From: a virus
Lineage: Duplodnaviria; Heunggongvirae; Uroviricota; Caudoviricetes
Direction: 5' to 3' (one strand)
DNA length: 8,078 nt
IMG/VR virus record: IMGVR_UViG_2585427795_000004
Positions 6,525 to 8,078 of the stretch are shown here, one piece after another. Each line of letters opens with the position of its first letter. The first letter of the stretch is position 1. The notes beneath the pieces were generated by a model that saw nothing but the letters and a program-made list of their open reading frames with translations, was not told the DNA's origin and made no database searches. The position numbers and the translations under genes were made by a program.

Positions 6525-6634
6525 TACTTAACAGAACTTTTATTTTTGACAAACATATAATGTTTTCAACAATATCCTGAGCCAGGTATATTCCAGTATA
6601 AGGCTCTGCCGGAAGGAATCTGGAAGAATGAATA

Positions 6635-6711
6635 TGGCGCGCTGTACTGGATTCGAACCAGTGACCGATTGCTTAGAAGGCAATTGCTCTGTCCGGCTGA
6701 GCTAACAACGC
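6635..6711 (-). tRNA. tRNA-Arg (anticodon UCU, reads AGA/AGG), phage-encoded
   Basis: 77-nt minus-strand cloverleaf GCGTTGT-TA-GCTC-AGCCGGACA-GAGC-A-ATTGC-CTTCTAA-GCAAT-CGGTC-ACTGG-TTCGAAT-CCAGT-ACAGCGC-G-CCA. All four stems pair, T-loop is TTCGAAT, and CCA is encoded. Confidence 0.85.
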
Positions 6712-6745
6712 TGAATACCGATAATGGACCGCCATCGGGGACCCG

Positions 6746-6757
6746 CCCCCCCCCCCC
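6746..6757. repeat. Homopolymeric C12 (G12 on the minus strand) tract in the inter-tRNA spacer
   Basis: Directly counted: 12 consecutive C at 6746-6757. Confidence 0.9.
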
Positions 6758-6818
6758 GCACCAACAACCCTGTTATCGTGTCGTCTGCTCTTCCTGATAA
6801 GCTCATGGCGGTTTGTGA

Positions 6819-6894
6819 TGGTGGCCCTTGCTGGATTTGAACCAGCGACCTGGCGATTATGAGTCGCTCGCTCTCACCACTGAGCTAAAGGACC
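6819..6894 (-). tRNA. tRNA-Ile2 (anticodon CAU, ileX/ileZ-like, reads AUA after lysidine modification); formally Ile/Met ambiguous from the anticodon alone
   Basis: 76-nt minus-strand cloverleaf GGTCCTTTAGCTCAGTGGTGAGAGCGAGCGACTCATAATCGCCAGGTCGCTGGTTCAAATCCAGCAAGGGCCACCA, closely resembling E. coli ileX as recalled. Anticodon loop is CTCATAA and CCA is encoded. Confidence 0.85.
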
Positions 6895-6927
6895 GGGTGA
6901 TCCTACCCACGTAATATGGACACAGGC

Positions 6928-7794
6928 CTAAGCGAGGTTCTTGTTTTCAAATTGTTCCGGACTGAGGCCGCCACACCAACTGTGCCGCCGCCACCGATTG
7001 TAATCACATTCGATATAATTAAACACCGTTGCCCGCATTATTTCCCGGCTGATAAAGTGTTCTCCATGGATACATTCCACTTTCAGCGAATGAAAGAAGC
7101 TTTCCACGCAGGCATTATCGTAGCAGCAACCTTTTGCGCTCATACTTCCACGCAGATTATGCCGCTTCAGTTGCGCCTGATAATCTGCTGAACAGTACTG
7201 GCCTCCACGGTCCGTGTGAACGATAACGTTCCGGGGCCTCTTACGCCGCCACAGCGCCATCTGCAGGGCATCGCAGGCCAGTTGCGCCGTCATGCGTGGC
7301 GACATTGACCAGCCAATAACGGCACGTGACCACAGGTCAATGACCACTGCCAGATACAGCCAGCCTTCATCTGTACGTAAGTACGTGATGTCTCCTGCCC
7401 ACTTCTGGTTCGGGCCACTGGCGTAAAAATCCTGCTCCAACAGATTTTCTGACACAGGCAGGCCGTGTGCGCGGTAGCTGACCGGGCTGAACTTCCGGGA
7501 GGCCTTTGCCCTCAGTCCCTGACGGCGCAGGCTTGCCGCCACGGTTTTTACGTTAAAGGGGTAACCCTGAGCACGCAGTTCATCCGTCAGGCGTGGGGCA
7601 CCGTAACGCTGTTTTGACCGGGTAAAAGCCGCGAGGACAACGCTGTCGCAGTGTTGGCGGAACTGCTGACGCGTGCTTATCCTTGTCCGCCGCTGACACC
7701 ACGTATACCAGCCGCTGCGGGCCACCCGGAGCACGCGGCACATTGCTTTGATGCTGAACTCAGCCTGATGTTTTTCAATAAAGACATACTTCAT
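6928..7794 (-). CDS. insF: IS3 transposase OrfB (InsF; DDE integrase-type catalytic domain)
   Basis: 288-aa product [32 protein letters not shown]... matches IS3 InsF as recalled. Its ATG overlaps the orfA stop (ATGA). The frameshift motif CCAAAAGG (complement of 7823-7830) lies just upstream. Confidence 0.95.
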
Positions 7795-8078
7795 TTCAGG
7801 CGCTTCGCGAAGTATGTCGCGGCCTTTTGGAGGATAGCCAGCTCTTCATCCCGTTCTGCCAGCTGGCGTTTGAGACGTGCAATCTCGGTAGACATCTCCA
7901 GTTCACGTTCAGAAGACGTCTGCTGATTTTGCTGTTTACTGCGCCAGTTGTAGAGTTGTGATTCATACAGGCTGAGTTCACGGGCTGCGGCAGTAACACC
8001 GATGCGTTCAGCAAGCTTCAGGGCTTCACTGCGAAATTCAGGCGAATGCTGTTTACGGGGTTTTTTACTGGTTGATAC
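7791..8078 (-). CDS. insE: IS3 OrfA (InsE, HTH transposase subunit), 5'-partial because the start lies beyond the window end
   Basis: Minus-strand translation from the window edge ...[95 protein letters not shown] matches IS3 InsE as recalled. Confidence 0.9.

Larger units (their letters stand above)
6898..8078 (-). mobile_element. IS3 insertion sequence, truncated by the window edge (right inverted repeat at 6898; about 77 bp of the left end lies beyond 8078)
   Basis: Terminus TGATCCTACCCACGTAATATGGACACAGGCCTAAGCGAGG at 6898 onward matches the IS3 right inverted repeat as I recall it, and the overlapping orfA/orfB arrangement is canonical IS3. Full length should be about 1258 bp. Confidence 0.95.

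Noticed and set aside
6712-6818. A third tRNA (argN-like) in the 107-bp spacer between the two tRNAs
   Set aside because: No T-loop (GGTTCGAATCC-like) or cloverleaf can be drawn by eye. The spacer is dominated by the C12/G12 run. At most it is a decayed remnant; a tRNA-finding program would settle it.
6916-7926. Plus-strand ORFs 6916..7191 and 7651..7926, and minus-strand ORF 7796..8014
   Set aside because: All lie inside IS3 and are antisense or out-of-frame relative to the canonical InsE/InsF frames, which fully explain the sequence.
1-8078. CRISPR array or other tandem repeat structure
   Set aside because: No regularly spaced direct repeats were seen anywhere in the window. The only repeats are short inverted repeats and homopolymer runs.

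Overview
This window reads as the late-region junction of a lambdoid (Qin/21-like) prophage from an enterobacterial host, probably Escherichia or Shigella, with all phage genes running right-to-left on the minus strand. In transcription order (high to low coordinates) it contains: a partial IS3 copy (6898-8078), two phage tRNAs (Ile2-CAU and Arg-UCU), an unrecognised ORF, a two-gene lipoprotein cassette, the lysis cassette (pinholin, YdfR-like, SAR endolysin, Rz/Rz1), an AT-rich YdfO-like gene on the plus strand, a cos site, and the terminase small and large subunit genes. The most interesting element is the lipoprotein cassette: both proteins carry a domain that I recognise as homologous to TolA C-terminal domain III, and the cassette has its own promoter and terminator. 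I propose these are periplasmic TolA-III decoys for superinfection exclusion or colicin tolerance; this is inference. All homology calls are from memory of protein families, not from a database search.
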